From the NCBI GenBank assembly GCA_021324545.1, contig JAJPIX010000036.1, forward strand, positions 1,249-65,248: a stretch of DNA of 64,000 bases. Reading direction: 5' to 3'. The notes beneath the pieces were generated by a model. That model searched no databases, was not told the origin of the DNA, and worked only from the letters and a program-made list of their open reading frames with translations. How positions within the stretch are numbered: position 1 is the first letter of the stretch; every line of letters begins with the position of its first letter. A program made the translations under genes and the position numbers. Below, piece by piece: positions 9,077 to 18,671 of the stretch. The DNA is from Alphaproteobacteria bacterium (GTDB lineage: Bacteria; Pseudomonadota; Alphaproteobacteria; Micropepsales; Micropepsaceae).

Positions 9077-9481
9077 ATGTCATGGATGCCGCTTGCCGCC
9101 ATTCTTGTGGCGGGCACGCTTGCCACCTTCACGGACTGGCTGTTCATGGGCGTGCTGTTCCATGACCGCTACAACCGGTATCCGGAAGTCTGGCGGCCGG
9201 ATTTCCGCGACAAGGGATCCGACCGGCGCGCCATTCTCTATTCCTCGCTTCTCGATTACGTGACGGCCGCGGGCATCGTTGTGCTGTGCCTGATGGTGCG
9301 GGCCGACGGCCTTAAAGATGCGCTTCTTGTTGCGGCCCTTGCCTGGCTGGCGGGGCCTTTGGTCGGCACGCTCACCCAGTTCATCTGGTTCAAGATTGAC
9401 GGCCGGGTGACGGCCGCCCACGCGCTGGGATATCTCGCGCGCTTTCTGATTGCAGGCGCGGCCTATGCGCTGATCGGCTGA
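9077..9481 (+). CDS. small integral membrane protein, unknown function
   Basis: 134 codons from ATG 9077, with about 4 hydrophobic helices (MSWMPLAAILVAGTLATFTDWLFMGVLF...). Lies 34 nt after the TPR gene. Confidence 0.55.
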   Translation: MSWMPLAAILVAGTLATFTDWLFMGVLFHDRYNRYPEVWRPDFRDKGSDRRAILYSSLLDYVTAAGIVVLCLMVRADGLKDALLVAALAWLAGPLVGTLTQFIWFKIDGRVTAAHALGYLARFLIAGAAYALIG

Positions 9482-9621
9482 CACCCAAAATTTCCCGGAA
9501 GCTTTCGCAGGCCCTTGCAGCCGCCAAACTTTGCGACAGCATCCGCGACAATCTTCGACAGAATCGCATTGCGCCGAAATGCGCGGCTTCGCCTAATTCC
9601 TCCCGCGTTCGGGGGACGATC

Positions 9622-11136
9622 ATGTCGGTCGCGCATGTCTATACGGTGGCGTTCCAGGGGATCGAGGCGCGCGAAGTGGACGTGCAGGTCCACATCGGCG
9701 ACGGCAGCCAGGGGCTGTTCAACATCGTGGGGCTTGCCGACAAGGCGGTGGCCGAAAGCCGCGAGCGCGTGCGCGCCGCGCTCTATGCCATCGGACTTGC
9801 GCTTCCCTATCAGCGGCTGACCGTCAATCTGGCGCCGGCCGATCTGCCCAAGGAAGGAAGCCATTACGATCTGCCCATCGCCATCGGGCTTCTTTCGGCG
9901 ATGGGCGTTTTGCCGGCGAGCGAAATGGCAGGCTATACCGCCATGGGCGAGCTTTCGCTGGACGGCAAGATCGCCCCCGTCGCAGGCGTTCTGCCCGCCG
10001 CGATGGCCGCCGCCGAATCCGGCCGCGGACTGATTTGCCCCGCCGAATGCGGGCCGGAAGCGGCCTGGGCGGGGGAACTGGAAATCGTGGCGGCGCCTTC
10101 GCTGATCGGCCTTGTCAATCACGTGAAGGGCGCAGCTGTGCTCAATCCGCCCGCGCCGAAAATCGCCAACGATCACACGAACATTCCCGACCTGAAGGAT
10201 GTGAAGGGCCAGGAAACCGCCAAGCGCGCGCTCGAGATCGCGGCCGCCGGCGGCCACAACATGCTGATGACGGGGCCGCCGGGATCGGGCAAGTCCATGC
10301 TGGCGCAGCGCCTGCCCGGCTTGCTTCCGCCGCTCGACGCGCGCGAGGCGCTGGAAATTTCCATGGTGCAATCGCTGGCCGGGGAATTGCGCGAAGGGGC
10401 GATCTCGCGCACGCGCCCTTTTCGCAGCCCGCATCATTCCGCCTCCATGGCGGCGCTGGTGGGCGGCGGCTTGCGCGTGAAGCCCGGCGAAGTGTCGCTG
10501 GCGCATCTGGGCGTTCTGTTTCTCGACGAGCTGCCGGAATTCCAGCGGCAGGTTCTGGATTCGCTGCGGCAGCCCATCGAAACCGGCGAAGCGGTGGTGG
10601 CGCGCGCCAATGCGCATGTGCGCTTTCCGGCGCGCTTTCAGCTGGTGGCGGCCATGAACCCCTGCCGCTGCGGACATCTGGGCGATCCGGCGCAGGCTTG
10701 CGGGCGGGCGCCCAAATGCGCCGCCGATTACCAGGCGCGAATCTCGGGCCCCCTGCTCGACCGCATCGACATTCATGTGGAGGTGGCCAGCGTTTCCGCG
10801 CAGGATCTGGCCTTGCCGCCGCCGGCCGAAGGATCGGCGGAGGTTGCGCGCCGCGTGGCGCGCGCGCGCGACATCCAGCGCAGGCGCTACGAAAAGGACG
10901 GCATCCGCACCAACGCCGAAGCCGAAGGCGAAGTGCTGGAGCGCGTGGCCAAACCGGACGCGGCGGGTGCCGCCCTGCTGATGAATGCGGCGGACGCGAT
11001 GCGGCTGACCGCGCGGGGGTTTCATCGCGTGCTGAAAGTGGCGCGCAGCATTGCCGATCTGGCCGGGGCCGAAAGCGTGGGCCGCGCCCATATCGCAGAG
11101 GCGCTGAGCTACCGCAGGCTCCACGTGACGCCGTAG
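9622..11136 (+). CDS. yifB: YifB/ComM family Mg-chelatase-like AAA ATPase
   Basis: 504 codons. Lon-like N-domain, Walker A GPPGSGKS, Walker B FLDELPEF, and NPCRCG zinc-ribbon-like insert. Confidence 0.9.
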   Translation: MSVAHVYTVAFQGIEAREVDVQVHIGDGSQGLFNIVGLADKAVAESRERVRAALYAIGLALPYQRLTVNLAPADLPKEGSHYDLPIAIGLLSAMGVLPASEMAGYTAMGELSLDGKIAPVAGVLPAAMAAAESGRGLICPAECGPEAAWAGELEIVAAPSLIGLVNHVKGAAVLNPPAPKIANDHTNIPDLKDVKGQETAKRALEIAAAGGHNMLMTGPPGSGKSMLAQRLPGLLPPLDAREALEISMVQSLAGELREGAISRTRPFRSPHHSASMAALVGGGLRVKPGEVSLAHLGVLFLDELPEFQRQVLDSLRQPIETGEAVVARANAHVRFPARFQLVAAMNPCRCGHLGDPAQACGRAPKCAADYQARISGPLLDRIDIHVEVASVSAQDLALPPPAEGSAEVARRVARARDIQRRRYEKDGIRTNAEAEGEVLERVAKPDAAGAALLMNAADAMRLTARGFHRVLKVARSIADLAGAESVGRAHIAEALSYRRLHVTP

Positions 11137-11144
11137 GTTCCAGC

Positions 11145-11169
11145 GGAACCTTGCGCGCCATCACCCGTT
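11145..11169 (+). promoter_or_regulatory. EcfG-type (general stress response ECF sigma) promoter match GGAAC-N16-CGTT
   Basis: GGAAC 11145-11149, 16-nt spacer, CGTT 11166-11169. The match ends 33 nt upstream of ATG 11203. Confidence 0.45.
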
Positions 11170-11202
11170 AAGCATCACTGCATCGCTTGCAATTCATGGA
11201 CA

Positions 11203-11634
11203 ATGGCGACACCCCGGTTGCGCACGACGCAAAGCGCCTCATCAGAGCAGAAGATCCAGCTTTCGCAGTTTGCGCGCTTCGCCAATGCGATTGCGCATCT
11301 GAGCGGACGGCCCGGCACATTCGTGCTCTGCTGTTTCATCATCGTCGTGTGGGCGGCAACCGGCCCCATCTTTCACTATTCGGACACCTGGCAGCTCATC
11401 ATCAACACCGGAACCACCATCGTCACTTTCCTGATGGTGTTCCTGATCCAGAACACGCAGAACCGCGATGGCGCCGCCCTTCAGGCCAAGCTCGACGAAC
11501 TCATCCTCGTCACGCAGGCCGCGCGCAACGACATCGTGGGCATCGAACGGATGCCGGAGAAGAAGCTCGAGACGGTTCGCGAACAGATTGTGGAGGAGGC
11601 GGCCGAAGCCGCCCCCTCGTCACGATCAAAGTGA
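11203..11634 (+). CDS. low-affinity iron permease family protein (Fet4-like small membrane protein)
   Basis: 143 codons. FARFANAIAHLSGRPGTFVL, two TM helices, and FLIQNTQNRDGAALQAKLDELI, characteristic of the family. Confidence 0.8.
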   Translation: MATPRLRTTQSASSEQKIQLSQFARFANAIAHLSGRPGTFVLCCFIIVVWAATGPIFHYSDTWQLIINTGTTIVTFLMVFLIQNTQNRDGAALQAKLDELILVTQAARNDIVGIERMPEKKLETVREQIVEEAAEAAPSSRSK

Positions 11635-11638
11635 CCGG

Positions 11639-12241
11639 TTACGACTGGGCCGCGCGCGGCCTGACGATGGCCGCCGCCACAAGGCCCACCACGATCATGC
11701 CGACAAGCTCGATGACGATCTGCGCCAGCGTGTAATCGGCCGAAAACGCATACCAGATCCAGTACGACACGTTGGTCGCAATGGCGGTGCACACCCCGAT
11801 CAGCGCGACGAATCCTGCGCGCGCCAGATAGCTTCCCAGCATTGTGAGAGACAGAAGAAAGGCCGCGATCAGCGCCTCGATAAACTCCTTGACGAATTCA
11901 TGGGCCAGCATGAGCGTCATGTCGCCCTTGCCGCCCGGCCCCTGATAGACGAGCAGGCCCGACGGATTGGTCTTCATCAGCGCGGCGGATTTCTGCATCA
12001 GCTGCGGATCCTTGGGATCCACCCACGGAAAGAAATACATGCCCGCGTGATTGCCGAGCGAGGCCTGCATCGCGTCCAGCACCGGCCGTTCGTTGGGAAT
12101 CTGGCTGAACCCCATCGACCCGAGCGGCGTCATCACATGCGCGATGGACACCCAGATGAACATGGCAATGGCGCCGGCCAGGCCGGCCAGGAGAACACGA
12201 ATCATGAAAGCCCCCGAAATGACCCCGATGGACGGGAGCAT
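11639..12241 (-). CDS. integral membrane protein, unknown function
   Basis: 200 codons with hydrophobic N- and C-terminal helices. An alternative start at 12205 (MIRVLLAG) is preceded by a G-rich stretch. Confidence 0.6.
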   Translation of the reverse strand: MLPSIGVISGAFMIRVLLAGLAGAIAMFIWVSIAHVMTPLGSMGFSQIPNERPVLDAMQASLGNHAGMYFFPWVDPKDPQLMQKSAALMKTNPSGLLVYQGPGGKGDMTLMLAHEFVKEFIEALIAAFLLSLTMLGSYLARAGFVALIGVCTAIATNVSYWIWYAFSADYTLAQIVIELVGMIVVGLVAAAIVRPRAAQS

Positions 12242-12250
12242 AGGCGAATT

Positions 12251-13156
12251 CTAGGCGGTTGGCGATTGGGCCGCGCGGCGCCAGCCCGCTTTGATGGAAT
12301 CGCTGGTTTCGCGGCTTCCGTCGGGCGACCAGCCGGGCGGGCCGAACACATATCCCGCCACATCGCGCACGGAACGCGCGCGCGACAGATCCGTGACAAG
12401 CCCCACCCATTCGTGCAGCGCAACCCTGACGGGGTTGAAGGTGCCCAGATTCCTCACGATGCCGTAGCGCGGCGGATCGGACGCCTCTTCCGCCACGAAG
12501 GTGCCGAACATCCTGTCCCACACGATGAAGACGCCGGCATAATTGGCATCGAGATAGCGCGCATTGGTGGCGTGATGCACGCGATGATGCGAAGGCGTGT
12601 TCATCACCGCTTCGAACAGCCGCGGGCATTTGCCGATGGCTTCGGTGTGAATCCAGAACTGATAGACGAGATTGAGCCCGTGCACGAAGGCCAGCATCGG
12701 CACGGGAAAGCCCAGTACGAACAGGGGGGCGCGGAACAGAAAGCCGGGCGTCAGCACGCCCGTCACCGGCTGCCGGAGAGCGGTGGACAGGTTGTAGTGC
12801 TGGCTGGAGTGATGCTGCACATGATCGGCCCACAGCCAGCGCACCCGATGGCTCGCCCGGTGCCACCAGTAATAGGCAAGGTCATCCAGAACGAAAGCGG
12901 CGGCCAGAACGGGCCATGCGAAACCGAGATCGGCGATGCGGAAGCGGGCGAAGAATTCCCCCGCGACGATGAACACCGACGCAAACAGCGCGCCGGAAAG
13001 CACGCTCAGAAATCCCATCGCAAGGCTGGTTGCCGTGTCGCGCGCTTCGAAGCGGGCGCGGCCGGTGAACCAGGCGAAGAGCATCTCCGCCACGATCAGG
13101 AAGATGAAGGCCGGAGTCGCCAGCTGCGTCGGGTTGAGCGAAAGAAACGGCATCAT
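12251..13156 (-). CDS. fatty acid hydroxylase / sterol desaturase superfamily membrane protein
   Basis: His boxes HRASHRVRWLWADHVQHH and HHRVHH. Confidence 0.85.
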   Translation of the reverse strand: MMPFLSLNPTQLATPAFIFLIVAEMLFAWFTGRARFEARDTATSLAMGFLSVLSGALFASVFIVAGEFFARFRIADLGFAWPVLAAAFVLDDLAYYWWHRASHRVRWLWADHVQHHSSQHYNLSTALRQPVTGVLTPGFLFRAPLFVLGFPVPMLAFVHGLNLVYQFWIHTEAIGKCPRLFEAVMNTPSHHRVHHATNARYLDANYAGVFIVWDRMFGTFVAEEASDPPRYGIVRNLGTFNPVRVALHEWVGLVTDLSRARSVRDVAGYVFGPPGWSPDGSRETSDSIKAGWRRAAQSPTA

Positions 13157-13563
13157 GCGGGCGCAAGCGGCTTGAGCCTGGCCTCCCAGCCTTTGGCCGG
13201 CGCCGGATCGCCAAAGAAAATCTGCGTTTCGGGGAAGGTGAAATCGCGCAAGGAAAGCGCAAGCGTGCCGCCGTCGCGCACCAGGCGTTTCAGCGCGCCG
13301 GGCGAAATCTTGCGCGTGATGAGCCCGTCGCCTTCCGCGCGCGCAAGATAGACCGAACCGTCGGCAGCATTTTCGACAAGGGCCGCCGCCTGATCGCGCG
13401 ACAGCGCCTCATCGCCCGCCCGAAACCCCGGCACGTCCAGCGCAAGCCGCGCCCTGACCGCAGCCAGGTCGGTGCGCGCACGCACCCGCCCGAACAGGAC
13501 GATGTTGAGGCCGACCAGCAGGGCGATGCCCGCAACCGAGCCGACAAGATAAAGAACATTCAT
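13153..13563 (-). CDS. membrane-anchored hypothetical protein
   Basis: 136 codons with an N-terminal TM helix (MNVLYLVGSVAGIALLVGLNIVLF). ATGA overlap with the downstream hydroxylase gene. Confidence 0.55.
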   Translation of the reverse strand: MNVLYLVGSVAGIALLVGLNIVLFGRVRARTDLAAVRARLALDVPGFRAGDEALSRDQAAALVENAADGSVYLARAEGDGLITRKISPGALKRLVRDGGTLALSLRDFTFPETQIFFGDPAPAKGWEARLKPLAPA

Positions 13564-13630
13564 CCGGCGATCCCTTGGCGGGCGATTTTATATGCCGTAA
13601 TCAGGCACGGGGAAAAGCGGGCGGACCCTC

Positions 13631-13843
13631 ATGAGCGGCAGGGGCGAAAAGCGCAGGTTCAGGCTCGCCTATCTTCTGCTGTTTCTGCCGTTCCTCGCCC
13701 TTGCGTGGGTGCCCTATTACAATCGCGCCGAGCCAAGCCTTGCCGGCGTTCCCTTCTTCTACTGGTACCAGCTTCTGTGGATCGTGATCGGCGCGATCCT
13801 GATCGGCCTTGTCTATCTTTTCACGGAACGGCGGGCGTCATGA
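13631..13843 (+). CDS. small two-helix membrane protein (DUF3311-like symporter-associated subunit)
   Basis: 70 codons. ATGA overlap with the sodium:solute symporter directly downstream. Confidence 0.65.
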   Translation: MSGRGEKRRFRLAYLLLFLPFLALAWVPYYNRAEPSLAGVPFFYWYQLLWIVIGAILIGLVYLFTERRAS

Positions 13844-15369
13844 CGGGCGCCCCCGATGTCGTCGCCACCGCCGTTTTCGTGTTCCTGTTCGTGCTTGTGA
13901 CGGCGCTCGGCTTCGTGGCGGCGCGCTGGCGCAAGGGCGATCTGTCCCAGCTGTCGGAATGGGGCCTGGGCGGGCGCAAGTTCGGCACCGCCGTCACCTG
14001 GTTTCTTTTGGGCGGCGATCTTTATACCGCCTACACCTTCGTGGCGGTGCCGGCGCTGATGTTCGGCGCCGGCGCGGTGGGCTTCTTCGCCGTGCCCTAC
14101 ACGATCTTCGTCTATCCGCTGGTTTACGCGATCTTCCCGCGGCTGTGGAGCGTGGCCAGAGCCAGGGGCTATGTGACGGCGGCCGATTTCGTGCGCGGCC
14201 GTTTCGGTTCGGGCGCGCTGGCGCTGGCCATCGCGGTGACGGGCATCATCGCCACCATGCCATACATCGCGCTTCAGCTTGTGGGCATGGAGGTGGTGAT
14301 CGCGGGGCTTGGGCTCAAAGGCGAGCTTCCGCTCATCATCGCGTTCATCGTGCTGGCCGCCTACACCTATACGAGCGGGCTGCGCGCGCCCGCGCTGATC
14401 GCCATCGTGAAGGACATGCTGATCTATGCCACGGTTCTTGTGGCGGTGATCGCCATTCCGATGGAGCTCGGCGGCTTCGGAAAAATCTTCGCAAGCGTGA
14501 GCGCAGACAAGCTGCTGCTGCCGCAGGCGCCGGCCGGCAGCCTGGGATCGCCGGCCGCCTACATGACGCTGGCCCTTGGCTCGGCGCTGGCGCTGTTTCT
14601 TTATCCGCATGCCATCACCGGAACCCTGAGCGCCTCCACGCGGGCGGCGATTCCGCGCAATGCCGCAATCCTGCCCGCCTATTCGCTGGCGCTCGGCCTG
14701 ATCGCGCTTCTGGGCTTCATGGCGATTGCGGCCAACGTCAAATCCGATCCGGCCTATGCGCAGGGCTTTGCCCAATACGGAAACAACTACGCGGTGCCCG
14801 CGCTGTTTCTGAAGATGTTTCCGTCGTGGTTCGTGGGCATCGCCTTTGGCGCGGTGGCGATCGGCGCGCTGGTGCCGGCCGCCATCATGTCGATCGCCTG
14901 CGCCAATCTTTTCACCCGCAACATCTGGCGCGAATATTTCGATCCCCATGCCAGCGCCGGGCGCGAATGCCAGGTGGCGAAAATCGCCTCGCTGGTGGTG
15001 AAGCTTGGCGCGCTGTTCTTCATCATCTTCCTGCCGCAGCAATATGCCATCCAGCTGCAGCTTCTGGGCGGGATCTGGATCATCCAGACGCTGCCGTCGG
15101 TGATCATCGGGCTTTATACGCGCAGGCTTCATCCTTACGCGCTGCTTGCGGGCTGGGCCTGCGGACTGATCGCCGGCACGGCGATGGCGGCAAGCCTGGA
15201 TTTCAAGTCCTCCACCTATGTGCTGCATCTCTTCGGGCTGGCCGTGCCCTGCTATGCGGCGCTGTCTTCGCTTCTTCTCAACATCGCCGTGTCCGCCGTC
15301 CTGAGCGTCGTCCTCAACGCCTTCGGCGCGGCGCGGCAGGACGAAACGGCCGCGGAGGATTACGCATGA
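13840..15369 (+). CDS. sodium:solute symporter (SSS) family transporter
   Basis: 509 codons from ATG 13840, with about 13 TM helices and typical SSS N-terminal segments (GGRKFGTAVTWFLLGGDLYTAYTF). Confidence 0.85.
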   Translation: MTGAPDVVATAVFVFLFVLVTALGFVAARWRKGDLSQLSEWGLGGRKFGTAVTWFLLGGDLYTAYTFVAVPALMFGAGAVGFFAVPYTIFVYPLVYAIFPRLWSVARARGYVTAADFVRGRFGSGALALAIAVTGIIATMPYIALQLVGMEVVIAGLGLKGELPLIIAFIVLAAYTYTSGLRAPALIAIVKDMLIYATVLVAVIAIPMELGGFGKIFASVSADKLLLPQAPAGSLGSPAAYMTLALGSALALFLYPHAITGTLSASTRAAIPRNAAILPAYSLALGLIALLGFMAIAANVKSDPAYAQGFAQYGNNYAVPALFLKMFPSWFVGIAFGAVAIGALVPAAIMSIACANLFTRNIWREYFDPHASAGRECQVAKIASLVVKLGALFFIIFLPQQYAIQLQLLGGIWIIQTLPSVIIGLYTRRLHPYALLAGWACGLIAGTAMAASLDFKSSTYVLHLFGLAVPCYAALSSLLLNIAVSAVLSVVLNAFGAARQDETAAEDYA

Positions 15370-15989
15370 GGCATGCGCCATTCATTGCTGCCATCGTTTT
15401 TGCCCTGCTGGCGTTTCATGCGCGGGCCGCATCCGTTGACATGAGCGGCGCAACCAAATGCGACTTGCGGGGCTTTTCGACCGACACCGATCCCAAGGGC
15501 ACCAACATCCGCTCGGCCCCCGATTCATCGGCCACCATCATCGGGCGCGTGCCGGCGGAACCCACCGCGCCCGGCGCGCAGGAGACCGTTGCATCGAGTT
15601 TCCACATCATCGGCTCGAAGAATGGCTGGCTTCTGATCGAAGCTGTGGAGCCCGGCGGCGTCGCCGGTCAGGACGCAGGCATATCCTTCAGGGGGCCGGG
15701 CTGGATTTCCGGCGCGCTCGCGGGCTTCACGGTCGGCAGCACGAAGCTGCGCGCCGCGCCGTCGCTTTCCGCGCCGGTGGTTGCAAGGCTGGGCGATGAA
15801 GCAAAAGGTTACGGGCCGGATTCTTATGCTGTGAAGCGCGTCAACGCCTGTTCGGGCACCTTCGCCGACATCACCGTGCAATTGCCGCAGGCGATCGACA
15901 GGCATGCCAGACCGGTCCGCGGCTGGGCGGCGGCGGTTTGCGACACGCAGCTGACAACCTGCGATCCCGGCGGCACCGACGGCCCCTAG
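15366..15989 (+). CDS. exported protein with two SH3b-like segments
   Basis: 207 codons. ATG 15366 overlaps the symporter stop. Signal peptide [38 protein letters not shown]...GWLLIE and [18 protein letters not shown] resemble bacterial SH3 repeats. Confidence 0.65.
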   Translation: MRHAPFIAAIVFALLAFHARAASVDMSGATKCDLRGFSTDTDPKGTNIRSAPDSSATIIGRVPAEPTAPGAQETVASSFHIIGSKNGWLLIEAVEPGGVAGQDAGISFRGPGWISGALAGFTVGSTKLRAAPSLSAPVVARLGDEAKGYGPDSYAVKRVNACSGTFADITVQLPQAIDRHARPVRGWAAAVCDTQLTTCDPGGTDGP

Positions 15990-16765
15990 CCGAAGCGGCC
16001 GGTGATATATTCTTCGGTGCGCTGGTTTTTGGGCGCGGTGAAAACCTGCTCGGTCAACCCGAACTCCACAAGCTCGCCCAGGAACATGAAAGCCGTGTAG
16101 TCGGAAGCGCGGCTCGCCTGCTGCATGTTGTGGGTGACGATCACGATCGTATATTCGTTCGACAGCTCGTCGATCAGCTCTTCGATCTTGGCGGTGGAAA
16201 TGGGATCGAGCGCCGAACATGGCTCGTCCAGAAGGATCACCTCCGGCCGGGTGGCGACCGAGCGGGCAATGCAGAGTCGCTGCTGCTGGCCGCCCGACAG
16301 GCTGAGGCCGGAATCGTGCAGCTTGTCTTTCACCTCGTTCCACAGCGCCGCGCGCTTGAGGGCATGCTCCACCCGGTCATTCAGCACCGATCGCGGCAGC
16401 CGTTCGTAGAGTTTGATGCCGTAGGCGATGTTGTCATAGATCGTCATGGGAAAAGGCGTGGGCTTCTGGAACACCATGCCCACGCGCGCGCGCAGCAGAT
16501 TCACGTCCTGGCCGGAATCCAGGATGTTTTCGCCGTCGAGCAGCACTTTGCCCCTGGCGTACTGATTGGGATAAAGCTCGTAGATCCGGTTGAGCACGCG
16601 CAGCAGCGTGGACTTGCCGCAGCCCGACGGGCCGATGAACGCGGTCACCTTGCGGTCGTAAAGCGGAAGCGAAATATCCTTCAGCGCCTGGAAGCGGCCG
16701 TAATAGAACGACAGGTTCTGGATGCTCACGCGGACATTCGGGGTGACGGGACGCATGTCGTTCAT
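15986..16765 (-). CDS. pstB: phosphate ABC transporter ATP-binding protein PstB
   Basis: Walker [10 protein letters not shown], signature LSGGQQQR, Walker B ILLDEP. Last gene of the pstSCAB order. Confidence 0.95.
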   Translation of the reverse strand: MNDMRPVTPNVRVSIQNLSFYYGRFQALKDISLPLYDRKVTAFIGPSGCGKSTLLRVLNRIYELYPNQYARGKVLLDGENILDSGQDVNLLRARVGMVFQKPTPFPMTIYDNIAYGIKLYERLPRSVLNDRVEHALKRAALWNEVKDKLHDSGLSLSGGQQQRLCIARSVATRPEVILLDEPCSALDPISTAKIEELIDELSNEYTIVIVTHNMQQASRASDYTAFMFLGELVEFGLTEQVFTAPKNQRTEEYITGRFG

Positions 16766-16768
16766 GGG

Positions 16769-17608
16769 CTAACTCCGCCTGGTCTCGAGCGTGCGCGCGA
16801 AAATGCTCAACGCCAGCACCGCAAAGGTGATCAGGAGGGCCCCCGCCCAGGCCAGCCTGTGCCAATCGTCATAGGGCGACATGGCGAACTGGAAAATCAC
16901 CACGGGCAGGCTTGCCACCGGCGCGTTGAGGTTGGTGGACCAGAACTGGTTGTTGAGCGCGGTGAAAAGCAGCGGCGCGGTTTCGCCGGAGATGCGCGCC
17001 ACCGCCAGAAGCACGCCGGTGACGATGCCGGCGCGCGCGGCCCGCCAGGTGACCGTGCGGATCACAAGGCTGCGCGGCGTGCCCAGCGCGGCCGCGGCTT
17101 CGCGCAGGCTGTTGGGGATGAGCAGAAGCATGTTTTCGGTGGTCCGCACCACCACCGGAATGACGATCGCAGCCAGCGCGGCTGCGCCCGCCCAGCCGGA
17201 GAAATGGCCCATCTGGAGCACGAGGATTTCGTAGATGAAAAGCCCCACGATGATGGACGGCGCGCTCAGGAGGATGTCGTTGACAAAGCGGACCACGAAA
17301 GCCGTCCAGCCATGCCGGCCGTATTCGGCAAGGTAGGTGCCGGCGAAAATGCCGATCGGCGTGCCCACCAGCACCGCAAGCGCGCTCATCAGCAGGCTTC
17401 CCACGATCGCATTGGCAAGGCCGCCGTTTGAACCGGGCGGCGGCGTCATCTGCGAGAACAGCGCAGGGGTGATTCCGGCAACGCCGTCGCGCACCAGCGC
17501 CCCCAGAATCAGCAGAAGCCAGCCCAGCCCGAAAACCGTGGCGCAGACCGACAGCGACAGAAGCAGGTAGTTCACGGCGCGTCGCCGGAAATAGCGGCTG
17601 CGATTCAT
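16769..17608 (-). CDS. pstA: phosphate ABC transporter permease PstA
   Basis: 279-codon permease between pstC and pstB, with an EAA-like loop (LREAAAALG). Confidence 0.9.
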   Translation of the reverse strand: MNRSRYFRRRAVNYLLLSLSVCATVFGLGWLLLILGALVRDGVAGITPALFSQMTPPPGSNGGLANAIVGSLLMSALAVLVGTPIGIFAGTYLAEYGRHGWTAFVVRFVNDILLSAPSIIVGLFIYEILVLQMGHFSGWAGAAALAAIVIPVVVRTTENMLLLIPNSLREAAAALGTPRSLVIRTVTWRAARAGIVTGVLLAVARISGETAPLLFTALNNQFWSTNLNAPVASLPVVIFQFAMSPYDDWHRLAWAGALLITFAVLALSIFARTLETRRS

Positions 17609-18594
17609 GCGCGGCCTCCTGCGCGCCTTTCGAGAATGTAAAGCTGAAGCTGCGCGGCGGCGAGGACGATGAATGTGATGACGAAGAGGATCAGCCCGAG
17701 CGCGATCAGCGACGAGGTGTAAAGCGGGCCGACCGCTTCGGTAAACTCATTGGCGATGGCGGCGGAAATCGTTGTGCCCGGCGCAAAGAGCGATGAATCG
17801 ATGCGCGTGGCATTGCCGATGACGAATGTGACGGCCATGGTTTCGCCCAGCGCGCGCCCCAGCGCCAGCATCGCGCCGCCCACGATTCCGGTGCGCGCAA
17901 AGGGAAGGATCACATGCCACAGCACTTCCCACTTTGTGCAGCCGAGGCTGTAGGCCGATTCCTTGAGCGCGGACGGCACGGTTTCGAACACATCGCGCGT
18001 CACCGCCGTGATGAAGGGCAGCACCATGATCGACAGGATGAGCGCGGCGGTAAAAATTCCGATGCCATAGGGCGGGCCGGCAAACAGATCCTGCAGCACC
18101 GGAACGCCGGCCAGGCGGTCGATCAGCCAGGGCTGGAGATTCTGCTGGAACCACGGCGCGAAGATGAACAGGCCCCAGATGCCGTAGATGATGCTGGGAA
18201 TGCCGGCCAGCAGTTCGATCGCAATGCCGATCGGCCGCTTGAGCGGGCGCGGGCACAGCTCTGTCAGGAAGATCGCAATTCCGATGCCGACAGGCACGGC
18301 CACGATCATGGCAAGCGCGGAGGTGATCAGCGTGCCGTAGATCGCGGGCAGCGCGCCGAATTTTTCGGTGACGGGATTCCAGGTCGTCGATGTGAGAAAT
18401 CCCCAGCCGAAGGCCGAAAGCGCCGGCCAGGCGCCGCGCAGGAGCGCCACCATGATCCCGATGAAGATCGCAACGACGAGAAGGGCCGCCAGAAAGGTGA
18501 GGGCGCGAAAGCGCGCGTCGCTGCGCCCGAAGCGGCGAAGCGAGGTAATCCTTGTGCGCGCCAGGCTTGTGTCTGTCACCGCGATGTCGGCCAT
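17605..18594 (-). CDS. pstC: phosphate ABC transporter permease PstC
   Basis: 329-codon permease with ATGA overlap to pstA and [14 protein letters not shown]. Confidence 0.9.
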   Translation of the reverse strand: MADIAVTDTSLARTRITSLRRFGRSDARFRALTFLAALLVVAIFIGIMVALLRGAWPALSAFGWGFLTSTTWNPVTEKFGALPAIYGTLITSALAMIVAVPVGIGIAIFLTELCPRPLKRPIGIAIELLAGIPSIIYGIWGLFIFAPWFQQNLQPWLIDRLAGVPVLQDLFAGPPYGIGIFTAALILSIMVLPFITAVTRDVFETVPSALKESAYSLGCTKWEVLWHVILPFARTGIVGGAMLALGRALGETMAVTFVIGNATRIDSSLFAPGTTISAAIANEFTEAVGPLYTSSLIALGLILFVITFIVLAAAQLQLYILERRAGGRA

Positions 18595-18626
18595 GAAGTC
18601 CCTGAAGCCTGTCTTTTAGACGAAAT

Positions 18627-18647
18627 GGGGGGCCGGTTAAGCCCCCC
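18627..18647 (-). other. intra-operon stem-loop between pstS and pstC (possible attenuator / mRNA-stabilising hairpin)
   Basis: GGGGGGC / GCCCCCC 7-bp stem with a 7-nt loop in the 77-nt pstS-pstC gap. No clear U-tract. Confidence 0.4.
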
Positions 18648-18671
18648 GATCCGTTCCCCGCCGGTTCCGGC

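Noticed and set aside
9463-11124. 553-codon minus-strand ORF
   Set aside because: It is antisense to the YifB/ComM ATPase gene, whose Walker motifs fix the true frame. This is a shadow ORF.
13809-15989. 726-codon plus-strand ORF spanning the symporter region
   Set aside because: Only its last 207 codons (from ATG 15366, with a signal peptide) look like a real protein. The upstream part is an out-of-frame read-through of the SSS transporter gene.
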